From the NCBI GenBank assembly GCA_050633305.1, contig JBOEGF010000018.1, positions 864,001 through 928,000 on the forward strand: a stretch of DNA of 64,000 nt. The letters run 5' to 3'. Position 1 is the first letter of the stretch, and each line of letters starts with the position of its first letter. Shown here in pieces: positions 20,412-30,984 of this stretch. This DNA comes from Nannocystales bacterium. GTDB lineage: Bacteria; Myxococcota_A; Polyangia; Nannocystales; Nannocystaceae. The notes below the pieces were generated by a model. It ran no database searches, was not told the DNA's origin, and saw nothing but the letters and a program-made list of their open reading frames with translations. Both the position numbers and the translations under genes were made by a program.

Positions 20412-22331
20412 CTACGGAATGAAGATTGTCTCCGCTTTCAGACCGCCCGGGTAGGCATAGGTGGTGTTGCAGTTGATCATGTTGGGCGACGCGCACGTCG
20501 AGTCGAGTGGCTCGCCGTTGTCGTCGAGGGGCGCGGAACGGGCCGAGCCAAGTTGGATGGTGCCGAACGGAGTGTCGCTGGACGCGGTGTACGTGCCCTC
20601 GTCCAGCGGGACGAGCGCGAGCTCATAGTCTGACCCGACCGGCGAGAACGAAAAATCGCAGTCAGCATCGTTGCAGACCCTGATGATGTTCCCAGCGTCC
20701 GACGTGATTCGCACCTCTCCACCGGTCACGGGTCGCATGAGTTCAACGCTGTTGTAGTAGAAGTCGACTCCCGTCGAGAAGACGTACCGAGCGAGAAACT
20801 GTTCCGTGGGAACGAGCTGCACCATCGCGGAATCGCCGTAGCCGGTCTGCGGCGGCCCCTCGATCCCGTTCGGGGAGACCGGGTTCTTCGAACGTATGTA
20901 TTGCACCGGGAGGAACGGCCGGTCCGCGTCGACGACGACACTTACACCCGACTCGGTCTCGACTTCGACGAAGTCGCCGACGTTCTGCAGCGTCACGGGG
21001 AAGTTGGAGGTCGGAGGGTCGGAGGTGATGGTGACGTCCGACGCCCCTGCGTAGAGACGGTAGTAGCTCGCCTCCTCGAAGTCTTGCCATTCCGGGAGCG
21101 GTGCTTCGAACTCATACGGACGGATCGGGGCGGCCGGCATCACGTAGGTCCGGCCCCAGTGTTGCAGAGGGAAGACAACCTCGATCAGGGGATCCGCGGA
21201 CCCGCCCTGGCCCGGGTCATCGATAGGGACCCGCGAGGCCCTATTTCCGCCGCTCACCCACACCGGGTTGTCTGTGTGAATCACGGTTCCTGAGATATCG
21301 AGGGGCTCAAACGCCTCGACGAAGCCTTCTTCTCCCTGTTCTACCGGAAGGCCGAGGACCGACGGCACAACCCGAAGCGTCTCGTAGCGGTTGAGCACCA
21401 AAGAGCCCGTTTCTCCAGCTTCGACGGGGTCCACGGGGAGGCCATTCCCGGCGGTTGTAACGCGCGGGGTCCACTCCACTCGCGTATCGTCCTCAAGCGC
21501 GACGAGTTCGAAGTAGCTCACCCCGGTCACGGTGCTCGTGGAGGCGCTTGTGTAGGAGGGAACGACGTAGTCGTTGCCGAGGACTCGGTCAGGCAACAAC
21601 AGGGCAGATTCGTTGCCGTTGTTGGCCCGAAGCGGGGCGTGTTGGTAGCCGACGATCGGGACATCGCTGTAGACTCGGAAGATCCCACCTGTGCGTAGGT
21701 TGGTGCTGTTTCCGGGGACGAAGTCCGTCACAAGCTCGATCGTTCGGCTCTCGCCCGGGGCCAAGTTGAACTGTTCGAAAAGCGTTTCGTCGAGCACGCC
21801 CTCCGGAACTTCGAACAGCTGCACCGCGGCCTCCAGCTCCTCGTTCGGGTTCGTCAGGACCAGGCCGTCGGCGTATTCCTGATACGGATGCAGCGACCGG
21901 TTCACGACGAAGGCACATCCTGCCGAGGACGGGTCGTTCTCGGTCAGCTGGCACGGGCCGATGCAGGTCGGGACGGTGCACTTCTCGTCGTTCTCGTCGC
22001 AGGGCTCGCATACGGAGTTGCTTCCGCAGGCGAGGTCGACGACCCACTCGAGCCCGGTCGCGGCGCAGATCTCGACGCCGCTGTCGTCGTCGGCGCAGCG
22101 TAGCTCGCCGGGCTGACACAGGGGGACGAAGCCGGAGCTGGACTCGTCCTCAGAGGTTGGGTCTGTGCTGGTGCTGGCAGTGACGCCGCTGGTGGCGGAG
22201 CCTGTGCTGGCGCCTCCGTCGTCGTCGACGAGCTCGGGCGCACCGTCGTCGCCACCGCAGGCTGCTAGGAGAAGGATGCCTGCCGCGAACGGCGCAAGGC
22301 GGAGTGTCGAATCCCGTGAGATCAAGGTCAT
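20412..22331 (-). CDS. Lipoprotein with Cys-rich region and IgGFc-binding-protein-like domain
   Basis: LAAC lipobox, S/T linker, Cys-rich module, SALLLP..LGNDY, DISGTVI, VQY, GDSAMVQLVPTEQF, YAYPGG. Confidence 0.8.
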   Translation of the reverse strand: MTLISRDSTLRLAPFAAGILLLAACGGDDGAPELVDDDGGASTGSATSGVTASTSTDPTSEDESSSGFVPLCQPGELRCADDDSGVEICAATGLEWVVDLACGSNSVCEPCDENDEKCTVPTCIGPCQLTENDPSSAGCAFVVNRSLHPYQEYADGLVLTNPNEELEAAVQLFEVPEGVLDETLFEQFNLAPGESRTIELVTDFVPGNSTNLRTGGIFRVYSDVPIVGYQHAPLRANNGNESALLLPDRVLGNDYVVPSYTSASTSTVTGVSYFELVALEDDTRVEWTPRVTTAGNGLPVDPVEAGETGSLVLNRYETLRVVPSVLGLPVEQGEEGFVEAFEPLDISGTVIHTDNPVWVSGGNRASRVPIDDPGQGGSADPLIEVVFPLQHWGRTYVMPAAPIRPYEFEAPLPEWQDFEEASYYRLYAGASDVTITSDPPTSNFPVTLQNVGDFVEVETESGVSVVVDADRPFLPVQYIRSKNPVSPNGIEGPPQTGYGDSAMVQLVPTEQFLARYVFSTGVDFYYNSVELMRPVTGGEVRITSDAGNIIRVCNDADCDFSFSPVGSDYELALVPLDEGTYTASSDTPFGTIQLGSARSAPLDDNGEPLDSTCASPNMINCNTTYAYPGGLKAETIFIP

Positions 22332-22476
22332 GTGGTCGTGCTCCAGGACAAGTGAGGAGCCCCCGAAAAGGCTCTCGGCGTAACCGTACCCCGATCATGG
22401 TGGCAGGGGTAGCGCGGCTCGGGATCGGGGGCGTGCCCGCGTTGTCACCGCCACGGGAATCGGCTAGCTTCCGCCG

Positions 22477-24348
22477 ATGGCTTCGCGCGGCACCGCCCGG
22501 TCCGTCTCACAGATCGTGCTTGGCGCGGCGGTCGTCAGTTTTGTCGTCTACACCGCGCGTGCGGAAGGAGACGACCATGTTGGAGAGGTTGTCCACCAGC
22601 CTGAACCGGCGTTCTCCGATGAGATGCCGGACAAGCCGGACATCATTCTGATCACGATTGACACCGTGCGCGCAGATCGGATCGGCGTGTACGGCTACGC
22701 ATCGGCGCGGACCCCAAACATGGACGCGCTGGGAGATGCTGGGGTCATCTTTGCGAACGCGACGGTCCCGCTGCCGCGGACGACTCCGGGGCTCGCGTCG
22801 CTGCTCACGGGATTGTCTCCAGAGGGGCATGGTTCACGAGAGGTCTGGCAGCGGCTGGACGTGGGCAAGGGAAGCCGGCTCGCCGAAGTGCTGTCCAACG
22901 AGGGCTACGTGACCTTGGGCCTGAGCGCGAACTCGGCGGCCGGATCCAAGCAAGGGCTCGCGGTCGGGTTCGACACGTTCCTCGACTACAAGGTCATCAA
23001 GAAGAAACGCAAGCGCGACGACGCCGACGTGATGACCGACGAAGCGCTGGCGATGGTGGAGAAGGTCGACCCAGAGGCTCCGCTGTTCTTGTGGGTCCAC
23101 TACGTCGACCCGCACTGGCGCTACAACCCCTCCAAGAAGCGCTACCCGGACCAGCCCGCGGGTGTCCGGTGCCGAGCGATGCAAAAGAGGATCAAGGCCC
23201 ACGAGCTTTCGCTGGGCAACTTGATCAGCAACGCCAACGGGATCGCGGCGGACATCTTGGACGAGTGCTCCGCGCTGTATGACGCGGAACTGGGCTTCGT
23301 CGACCAGGAGGTGGGGCGTCTGATGGACGGCCTACAAGAACTCGAGCGGTGGGACGACTCCTTGGTCGTGCTCACGGCGGACCACGGAGAAAACATGGGT
23401 GAGGACGGGATGTACTTCGCGCACGGTCCGAGCCTGGCGGACGGGTCTCTGCGGGTCCCGCTCATCATCGCCGGTCCCACGATCCCCAGCGGGCGGTACG
23501 ATGGCGGCGTCGCGATCATCGAGGACGTCATGCCGACGCTTCTGGAGCTTGTGGGCATTGCCCCGGAGAACCTGCCCAAGAACATGGAGGGGCAGTCGCT
23601 GCAGTGGCGATGGAACCCCGAGCTCGACTACCCCGAGCAGGTTCGCTCCGCCGCGCTCTCTGAGGCTGGAGGTGCGCTCAATGCGGACAACGTCAACTTC
23701 CTCGTCTCGGGTCGAGACCGCTCTCGGTACTGCTACAACGGCCCGCGGTACTCGATGTGCTTCGAGCCGGACAAGAAGAAACGGACTCGGGGTGCCCGGG
23801 TCCGCCCGCCTATCCGCATTCCCGGTGAGGATGGAGGGGCTGAGCCCGACGCGGAAGACGCGGAACACGGCGCTCCCTCGCCTGAGGTGCCGGCGGTGAA
23901 GCAGCCTGGACCGGTCGGGACGACGCAGTCGGCCGCTGCGGTCAAGCCCGGCGAGACGGAGGCTTCGGGGCCTGAGGTCTTGTTCTTCGATCGAGACAAG
24001 GATCCGAAGCTCATTCAGCCGCTCACCACGATCCCCGACGAGGCACGTGAAGAATTGTTGGCGGCCCGGGAACGGTGGTCCCCGGAGTCGACGCGCGCTC
24101 GAGCCGTGCGGACCGCCGAGTACAAGCTCGTCGCGTACCCAGAGATCGCAGGCGACTACCGCTATGCGTTGTACGATCTGAAGGCCGACCCCATGGAGGC
24201 GAACGACGTCTCGGCGCTGCGTCCGAAGGACTTCAAGCGCATGAAGAAGATGTTCGACGAGTACGAGAGCACGATGACCTCGTTCGTCGCTCGAGAGCGC
24301 TCGGCGACCGAGATTGAGGCGATGCAAGGCCTCGGCTACACGCAGTAG
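22477..24348 (+). CDS. Exported sulfatase-fold (alkaline phosphatase superfamily) enzyme with Thr at the nucleophile position
   Basis: IILITIDTVRAD, TPNMD, PRTTPGLASLLTG, HYVDPH, TADHGE, RVPLII, LYDL..DP.E, C-terminal MQGLGY. Confidence 0.85.
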   Translation: MASRGTARSVSQIVLGAAVVSFVVYTARAEGDDHVGEVVHQPEPAFSDEMPDKPDIILITIDTVRADRIGVYGYASARTPNMDALGDAGVIFANATVPLPRTTPGLASLLTGLSPEGHGSREVWQRLDVGKGSRLAEVLSNEGYVTLGLSANSAAGSKQGLAVGFDTFLDYKVIKKKRKRDDADVMTDEALAMVEKVDPEAPLFLWVHYVDPHWRYNPSKKRYPDQPAGVRCRAMQKRIKAHELSLGNLISNANGIAADILDECSALYDAELGFVDQEVGRLMDGLQELERWDDSLVVLTADHGENMGEDGMYFAHGPSLADGSLRVPLIIAGPTIPSGRYDGGVAIIEDVMPTLLELVGIAPENLPKNMEGQSLQWRWNPELDYPEQVRSAALSEAGGALNADNVNFLVSGRDRSRYCYNGPRYSMCFEPDKKKRTRGARVRPPIRIPGEDGGAEPDAEDAEHGAPSPEVPAVKQPGPVGTTQSAAAVKPGETEASGPEVLFFDRDKDPKLIQPLTTIPDEAREELLAARERWSPESTRARAVRTAEYKLVAYPEIAGDYRYALYDLKADPMEANDVSALRPKDFKRMKKMFDEYESTMTSFVARERSATEIEAMQGLGYTQ

Positions 24349-24468
24349 CGAAGCCGCTCGCCAGGAACGCTGCTAAGCGCAGGCCGGTCCACGGCGGCGT
24401 TTCACGAGCAGAGTCGGAGCTCTGCTGGCGCCGCGAGTTCGCGACGCCGCAGGCCGGGGCAAGGGTCT

Positions 24469-26628
24469 CTACTCCTCTTCTTCTTCCTCGCGCTCGCGCG
24501 CATCGATCTCTTCGGGCGAGAGGTGGTGCGGGTTCTCGGCCTCTTCCTCGCCAGTGTCCCCGCCTTCGCGCTCCTCGTCCTCGGGCGGCTCGGAACCATC
24601 GTCCTTCGTCTTTCCGCGTCTGCGGGGATCCTTGTCCTCCGCCCGTGGCTTCTTACCGGCCGCGCCTGGCTTGCCCTTGGTCGGACGGCGGGCCCCAATG
24701 TCCGGGTTGCGCTCGTACAGGCCGATCTTGTGCCCTTCTTCGATCAGCGTGAGGCGCCCTTGGCGGAGCTGACGCTTGAGCCGGTTCTTGTCCTTCTTCT
24801 TGAAGTTCCCGGTCATGAGGAGCGCGTAGGTGGACTCCTTGCACGCCGGCCACTTGCGGCTGGTGTCGCGGGCCGAGACATGGGGTCCCAGGCTCGAGGT
24901 CGCGCACACGACAGCGTCGTCGGGGATCTGCGCCACGAGCTCTTGGAGGTACTCGTATCGTTCGGTGTCGAGCTTTCGAGACAGGCGGTTCCAGCCGGCT
25001 CGGAAGTGGTCGTTGGGGACCATCGCGCCGTACTTCACGCTGACCAACGCGGTCGAGATGAGGACCGCGGTCATCAGGACATGCGGGACCCGTCTTCGGT
25101 CGAGCCCGATCAGCCGCGGCAGTCCGCTCTTGGCCACAGCGATTGCACCCGCGGGCGTCGAGGCCAAGAGGATGGGGAACATCACCGATGAGTACTGGAA
25201 GTGCAGGTTGTAGACGTAGCGGCGGGTCGCCAACCCGAGGAACAAGAACCCGTAGATCATCATGAACCGCTTTTTCCCCGCCAGCAGTGGCAGGAACAGA
25301 AGCGGTTGGAACAGCAGCAGCAAGAAGAAGACGCGGTCCTCGTGCGTGACGACCTGCATCGCGTACGTCGGGTTGGTCGTGAGCGAGACGACGAAGCCCG
25401 CGACCCCCTCGTCCTGGTGCGGGATCATCTCCTTGAAGAAGTACGCGTAGCCGTACGTGTCCTTCTCGGACATCAACAGGCCCGGGTCCGGCATGATCAT
25501 CAGCTTGACGAACGCCAGGTACGACATCGACACCAGCACCATCGCGACGCCGGTGACGTATCGACGCCGCAAGACCGCGTAGGCGCCCAGGAAGCACGCC
25601 AGCAACGACATGTCCTCACGGGTGGCCAGCAGCAGCCCCAGCATGAGCCAAAGGCGGACCTTTGACTTGCTGTCGATGAAGTAGATGACCCACACGACGG
25701 TGGGCACCGCCATCGTCAGCGAGTGGAAGTCGAACATGTTGACGCCGTGGAGCGCCGGGTAGAAGGTGACCGCCCAGGTCATGAGCGCCGCAAGGCGGGG
25801 CTGTTTGAGGGTGCGTTGGGCGATGAGGAAGACGGGGAAAACGGTCGTTGCAAGCCAGATGGACTGGATGAACAGCAGCGTTTCCGCCTGCGGGCGAAGC
25901 CGATAGACCCACGAGAAGATCCAGATGATCGGATCAAAGTGGGCGCTGACGTGCTTCTCCATCTTGCAGTAGGAGCACCCCAGGAAGTCGTCGAACGCGG
26001 TGTTCCAGAAGATGTTGTCGTAGATGCCGAGGTCGAAGATGTGCGTGCCGATGTTGCGGTGATCGAGCACCGCCAGGTACGACATCATCCCCGCGTAGAA
26101 TGCGAACGCGCCGACGACGGAGACCCAGTGGACCAGTTTGGGCTCGCCGTTCTCCAGCGCGGGCTTGTGCGCCCGCAGCCGGTGAAGGAATAGCGTGATG
26201 AGCACGGTCGCACCCATCAGCAGCGTCAGGGTGAACAGCGGGTGCGAGTTCTCGATGCCGCGGCTCATGGCGGCGGTGAGGAGCGGGACCGCCAGCAGCA
26301 CGAACGTGTACCGGTTGAGCCCGCGGAACACCTCTTCGAGCGTGGCTTGGATGCCGGTCCGCTTGAGGTAGAGGTAGACCCCACCGTACGCGAGCAGGCC
26401 GACGAGCGCCGAGAGGCCCATCGCCTCGACCACGTCGAAGCGAAGATCCGCGTCGAGCTGGTTGGTGTTCACGTAGCCGATTTCGTGAACGTTGGAGACT
26501 TGCCAGTACGTCAGTCCGGGCACGACCACGATCGCAACCGTGAGCGCGAACCACGACATCGCGTTGGTGACCAGTCGATCCAGCCAGGAAATGGGCTCTG
26601 CACCCTCGGAGACCGCCTTATTTGCCAT
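24469..26628 (-). CDS. DUF2079-like membrane protein (predicted GT-C glycosyltransferase)
   Basis: DLGIYDN, HFDPI, FDFH, TRED, FQYS; many TM helices; basic-then-acidic tail. Confidence 0.8.
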   Translation of the reverse strand: MANKAVSEGAEPISWLDRLVTNAMSWFALTVAIVVVPGLTYWQVSNVHEIGYVNTNQLDADLRFDVVEAMGLSALVGLLAYGGVYLYLKRTGIQATLEEVFRGLNRYTFVLLAVPLLTAAMSRGIENSHPLFTLTLLMGATVLITLFLHRLRAHKPALENGEPKLVHWVSVVGAFAFYAGMMSYLAVLDHRNIGTHIFDLGIYDNIFWNTAFDDFLGCSYCKMEKHVSAHFDPIIWIFSWVYRLRPQAETLLFIQSIWLATTVFPVFLIAQRTLKQPRLAALMTWAVTFYPALHGVNMFDFHSLTMAVPTVVWVIYFIDSKSKVRLWLMLGLLLATREDMSLLACFLGAYAVLRRRYVTGVAMVLVSMSYLAFVKLMIMPDPGLLMSEKDTYGYAYFFKEMIPHQDEGVAGFVVSLTTNPTYAMQVVTHEDRVFFLLLLFQPLLFLPLLAGKKRFMMIYGFLFLGLATRRYVYNLHFQYSSVMFPILLASTPAGAIAVAKSGLPRLIGLDRRRVPHVLMTAVLISTALVSVKYGAMVPNDHFRAGWNRLSRKLDTERYEYLQELVAQIPDDAVVCATSSLGPHVSARDTSRKWPACKESTYALLMTGNFKKKDKNRLKRQLRQGRLTLIEEGHKIGLYERNPDIGARRPTKGKPGAAGKKPRAEDKDPRRRGKTKDDGSEPPEDEEREGGDTGEEEAENPHHLSPEEIDAREREEEEEE

Positions 26629-26719
26629 CTGGAAACTCGGGCGCGGACTATACTACCGGCCTCCCGCTTCGGCTATCCTTCGCCGCCTACGCCCCTGGGA
26701 CCCCAGGGCTAACGTCACC

Positions 26720-27313
26720 ATGTCGAATTACGGCAACAAGCAGAAGCACGAATCCAAGAACCCGGCGCAACGTGCGCTGTTGAACCGCTTCAAGCAGGCC
26801 GCGGTTCAGCTCGTCGATCAGGTCGCGCCCAAGACCGTGTTGGAGGTCGGGTGTGGAGAGGGCTACATGCTTGAGGTTCTGGCCGAGGCTCGGCCGTCGC
26901 TGGAGCTCACGGGCATCGACATCTCCAAGGACGCGGTCGCGGACGCGTCGGCGCGCCTGGGCGATCGCGCGACCGTCAAGGTCGAAGACGCCCGAGACCT
27001 CAGCGCTTCCGGCGAGTCTTACGATCTCGTCGTGATGCTGGAGGTTCTCGAGCACATCCCGAATCCGGCGCAGATGCTTCCGGTTCTCGAAGGCCTCACA
27101 AAGGGGCCTCTGCTGCTTTCGGTGCCGTGGGAGCCGTTCTTCCGGGGGCTCAACTTCATGCGAGGCAAGCACCTCACGGCTTGGGGCAACGACCCCGAGC
27201 ACGTCAACCATTGGGGCCGGCGAAGCTTTCTCGAATTCGTCGGGTCGCGCTTTGAGGTCCTCGAAACGCCGGTCGTGTTTCCATGGACGATGGTGCTCGC
27301 GAAGCTCCGGTAG
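26720..27313 (+). CDS. Class I SAM-dependent methyltransferase
   Basis: VLEVGCGEG, GIDIS, YDLVVMLEVLEH, LSVP. Confidence 0.88.
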   Translation: MSNYGNKQKHESKNPAQRALLNRFKQAAVQLVDQVAPKTVLEVGCGEGYMLEVLAEARPSLELTGIDISKDAVADASARLGDRATVKVEDARDLSASGESYDLVVMLEVLEHIPNPAQMLPVLEGLTKGPLLLSVPWEPFFRGLNFMRGKHLTAWGNDPEHVNHWGRRSFLEFVGSRFEVLETPVVFPWTMVLAKLR

Positions 27314-27339
27314 CCACTGAGCGACCGGCGTCGCGCCGG

Positions 27340-28269
27340 ATGCTGGTGGCGTTGAGCCGCCTCGCGCTTGGGGCTGTGTTGCTCGCCACGCTGCTGTATT
27401 TCCTCGGACCCGATTGGGGAGCAGTTCGCGATCAATTCAAGTTCCACGTGGGCTACTTCGGCCTCGGTTTCCTTGGGACCGCGCTTGCGACCGCGTTCAC
27501 GGCGGCGCGGTGGCGCTTGCTCAACGAGCGGATGACCGAGACGAGGCTTCCCTACGGTTCGTACTTCCACTACGTCGCCGTCACGCGGTTCATCGGGCAG
27601 TTCGCCCCGATGCTGCTGATGGAGTTCGTGGGCCGTGGGATGGGGCTGAGGGCGGCGGGCAGCAAGCAGGGGCTTGGTCGGCTCGTGACCCCGGTGTTGC
27701 TCGAGCGAGTCCTCGATGCGGCCCTTCCGTGCACGACGCTCGCTTGGCTGTTCTTGGTGCTCGAAGGTCCGCCCGTCTTCTCTGAGTATCGTTGGTTCTG
27801 GCTCGTCGGGATCACCGTGGGCTTTGCCGTTGCCGCGATCCCCTTCATCGGCCCGACTGCGAACGTGTTGTTGAAGGCATACGCATGGGTGAAGAAGTTT
27901 CGCGGCGCCGTACTGGTCATCGAGCCGGTTGACGTCTCGGCGCGGACTTCGGCTTGGGTCGCCCTGTACTCGGTGGGGCGATACGCCACGGTTTTGCTGC
28001 AGTTCATCGGGATGGGTGCGGCTGCCGGGGCGGTCCTGTCGACGTTCTCCGTCGTGGGTTCGTTCTCGGTCGCGCAGCTGTCGGCCTTGTTGGCCATAAC
28101 CCCCGGCGGTCTGGGAATTCAGGACGTTGGATGGGCAGGAGCGCTGAAATGGCTCGGAGCCGAGAAGGTCACGATCACCTTGTTCGTGTTCGGGTTCCGG
28201 GCTTCTATGATCTCCAACTTCGGCCTGGTTTCCTTGCTGTCGCTCCCTCTGCGGAAGTCCAAGACGTAG
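27340..28269 (+). CDS. Lysylphosphatidylglycerol-synthase TM domain (flippase-like, UPF0104-type) protein
   Basis: RWRLL, ERVLD, ITPGGLGIQD; wholly hydrophobic. Confidence 0.8.
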   Translation: MLVALSRLALGAVLLATLLYFLGPDWGAVRDQFKFHVGYFGLGFLGTALATAFTAARWRLLNERMTETRLPYGSYFHYVAVTRFIGQFAPMLLMEFVGRGMGLRAAGSKQGLGRLVTPVLLERVLDAALPCTTLAWLFLVLEGPPVFSEYRWFWLVGITVGFAVAAIPFIGPTANVLLKAYAWVKKFRGAVLVIEPVDVSARTSAWVALYSVGRYATVLLQFIGMGAAAGAVLSTFSVVGSFSVAQLSALLAITPGGLGIQDVGWAGALKWLGAEKVTITLFVFGFRASMISNFGLVSLLSLPLRKSKT

Positions 28270-28374
28270 CGCGTGCTGCGCTACGGATGTCACGAGCAGG
28301 ACCAGAATCGGGACGCGGTGTGGGTCACTCCGCCTCGCGACTGGGGCCGAGCACCGGGCTATACTCCCGAGTCT

Positions 28375-30840
28375 ATGCTTCGGTCTCGTTTAGGTTTTTC
28401 CATTCCGCTGATGTCCATTGCTGCTGTCCTGGCTGGGTGTTCGGACGAACCGCGGGCCGAGGCCGACGACACGACGGCGACCTCTGGCCCGGTCACGACG
28501 GCGACCAACCCGACGGGCAATGACACGTCCTCGACGTCGGGGGACGAGACCAGCACTGGCCCTGCGGCAGACGCGTCGTCGACCACCGGCGGTCCGCCGA
28601 TCGACACGTGCGAGACCATCGACTGCGACGGCGTCTGCTGTGACGCCGCCGAGGAGTGTGTCCTCCAAGCATGTGTGCCCGCTTGTGACAGTGGCGTCCG
28701 CTGCGGCGATGACCTCACGGTCTGCTGCCCCGGCGGCGATGTTTGCCTGGGCAACGAGTGCCTCACCCCGGGTGCGGACTGCCTGGACTCCTACGACTGC
28801 CCCGAAGGCGAGTTCTGCGAGCTCACACTCAACCCCGACGAGCCCGAGGGACAGTGCTTGTCGCAGCCCGAGGAACTCACCTGCGAGATTCTCCCGGACT
28901 TCCAGGACATCGAACTCACGTTGGAGTTCTCCTGGGAGGAACAGCCGATCATCAGCAACCCCGTCGTGGCTGACATCGACGGCGACGACCTGCCCGAGAT
29001 CATCGTCAACACGACCTTCTACGACGAGAACGGGGACGGCAACGGCAACACGGGGAGTTCCGAGGGACACCGCACCGGCATCATCGTCGTCTTCGACGGC
29101 ACCACGGGTGCCGAGCAGTTCCGGGTCCTCAACGATCCTCAAAACTGCCAAGCTTCCGAGGCCTGCAACATCTATGGGTCCTACGGACGAGCGACGATCG
29201 GTGTCGCGGACGTCGACGGCAACGACCTCCCGGACATCATCTACGCAGGGCGTCCGCTGCCCAGCCCCACGCTCAACCAGAGCTACGTGCACGCGTTCAA
29301 CGGGGTGGGGCAGCCGCTTTGGCGTTCGTCCGAACCAATCTACATCCGCCACGGCGCGCCCACGTTCGCCAACTTCGATGACGATCCGGAGTCGGAGATC
29401 ATCTACGGCGCCGCGCTCATCGACAACGACGGCACCGTCGTCTGGAACGAGGATGGCGACGGTGGATTGTTCGGTAGCCCCGCGAACTACCGCGGGCCCA
29501 TCTCTGTCGCTGCGGATGTGACTGGCGACGGATATCCCGAGATCGTCTCGGGCCGGCATGCGTGGACGGTCGACTGGGTTTCAGGCGGCGGACCGCCCAC
29601 GGTGACGCTCACCGAACTCTGGGATGCAGGGGGCGCCGATGGCTTCCCGGCCGTCGCTGACTTCGACCAGAACGGGACGCCCGAGGTTGTGTTGGTCGCC
29701 GGCGGCGAGGTCCGAGTTCTCGACGGAGCGACCGGAGCGCTGTGGTGCGGAGTTGATCCCGACGGCAGCGATTGCGATGGCAACGACGCGGCTCGGACTC
29801 AGCCGCTGCCGTTCCCCGAGATCATCGTGGACGTCGACGAAGACCGAGGCGGTCCTCCCACCGTCGCAGACTTCGACGGCGACGGACGCCCCGAGTTTGC
29901 GGCCGCAGGCGCGGGCGGCTACGTCGTCTTCGACCTCAACCGAGCCGGCGAAGAGGTCTCGCAGCCCGATGGCGCGCTACCTCCGGGACCCGGCGATCTT
30001 TACGTTCGGTGGTCGGCCGCGACCCAAGACCAAACCTCGCGTTCCACTGGTTCGTCGGTGTTCGACTTCCAGGGCGACGGCGTTGCCGAGGTCCTGTACG
30101 CCGACGAGTGCTTCATGCGGGTGTTCAACGGGGAGACTGGCGAGGTCATCGCGGAGGAGATGAACTCCAGCGCTACGATTCACGAGTACCCGATCGTTGT
30201 CGACGCCGATGGGGATGGGAACTCGGAGATCCTCGTGGTGGCGAACGACAACAACGCTGCCGATCGCTGCTCGGACTTCGAGGACTACGAGCCGCGACGC
30301 GGCATCTTCATGTACGGCGACCCCAACGACTCCTGGGTCCGTACGCGCAAGGTCTGGAACTCGCACACCTATCACGTGACCAACTCCGACGCGCGCGGGC
30401 TGACCCCTGCCGCGGAGGACGACAACTGGACCGTTCCCGGGCTGAACAACTACCGACAGAACTTCCAGGGCGCTGGGGTGTTCAACGCGGCTGACCTCGC
30501 CGTCGATCTGCAGGTCGACTTCGAAAACTGCCTGGACGAAGCGTTCGAGATTCAGGCGATCGTTCGCAACGAGGGCGCGCTGGGAGTCTCCGACGGCATC
30601 GACGTCACCCTCTACGCCGGGACCGACAACAGCGCCCCGGTTGTCAGCACCAAGCAGACCGAGGTTGGGCTGCTCCCCGGTGCGTTCACGATCGTCAGCT
30701 GGCTTGTCGACGCGCCCGGCGGTGACCCGCTCGAGTTCTTCGTCGAAATCGACTCCGACGACGAAAGTCCGGTTCTCGAGTGTGACGAGCGGGACAACAC
30801 CGCCGCGACCGCGACGGTGAGCTGTCCGCCCGCCGGCTGA
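28375..30840 (+). CDS. Lipoprotein with Cys-rich region, FG-GAP/VCBS-like repeats and C-terminal CARDB-like domain
   Basis: LAGC lipobox, S/T linker, Cys-rich block, repeated DxDGDxxPEI loops, VRNEG..VLECDERDN. Confidence 0.85.
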   Translation: MLRSRLGFSIPLMSIAAVLAGCSDEPRAEADDTTATSGPVTTATNPTGNDTSSTSGDETSTGPAADASSTTGGPPIDTCETIDCDGVCCDAAEECVLQACVPACDSGVRCGDDLTVCCPGGDVCLGNECLTPGADCLDSYDCPEGEFCELTLNPDEPEGQCLSQPEELTCEILPDFQDIELTLEFSWEEQPIISNPVVADIDGDDLPEIIVNTTFYDENGDGNGNTGSSEGHRTGIIVVFDGTTGAEQFRVLNDPQNCQASEACNIYGSYGRATIGVADVDGNDLPDIIYAGRPLPSPTLNQSYVHAFNGVGQPLWRSSEPIYIRHGAPTFANFDDDPESEIIYGAALIDNDGTVVWNEDGDGGLFGSPANYRGPISVAADVTGDGYPEIVSGRHAWTVDWVSGGGPPTVTLTELWDAGGADGFPAVADFDQNGTPEVVLVAGGEVRVLDGATGALWCGVDPDGSDCDGNDAARTQPLPFPEIIVDVDEDRGGPPTVADFDGDGRPEFAAAGAGGYVVFDLNRAGEEVSQPDGALPPGPGDLYVRWSAATQDQTSRSTGSSVFDFQGDGVAEVLYADECFMRVFNGETGEVIAEEMNSSATIHEYPIVVDADGDGNSEILVVANDNNAADRCSDFEDYEPRRGIFMYGDPNDSWVRTRKVWNSHTYHVTNSDARGLTPAAEDDNWTVPGLNNYRQNFQGAGVFNAADLAVDLQVDFENCLDEAFEIQAIVRNEGALGVSDGIDVTLYAGTDNSAPVVSTKQTEVGLLPGAFTIVSWLVDAPGGDPLEFFVEIDSDDESPVLECDERDNTAATATVSCPPAG

Positions 30841-30984
30841 GTCCAGTTCTAGGGCCGCTTGAGACGCACACTTGCCCGCAGGCGAGTGTGCGTTTTTTCA
30901 TGCGTTCGACGTTCCGACGGTCACCCGCCCGGCTGTGGTTCGCCCGCCGGAACTAGCGTAGATTCTCCCGGACTTTGCTCGCCG

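Noticed and set aside
24407..24448. Two adjacent hairpins between convergent genes
   Set aside because: Short GC-rich stems with no T-tract; possibly a terminator but not supportable
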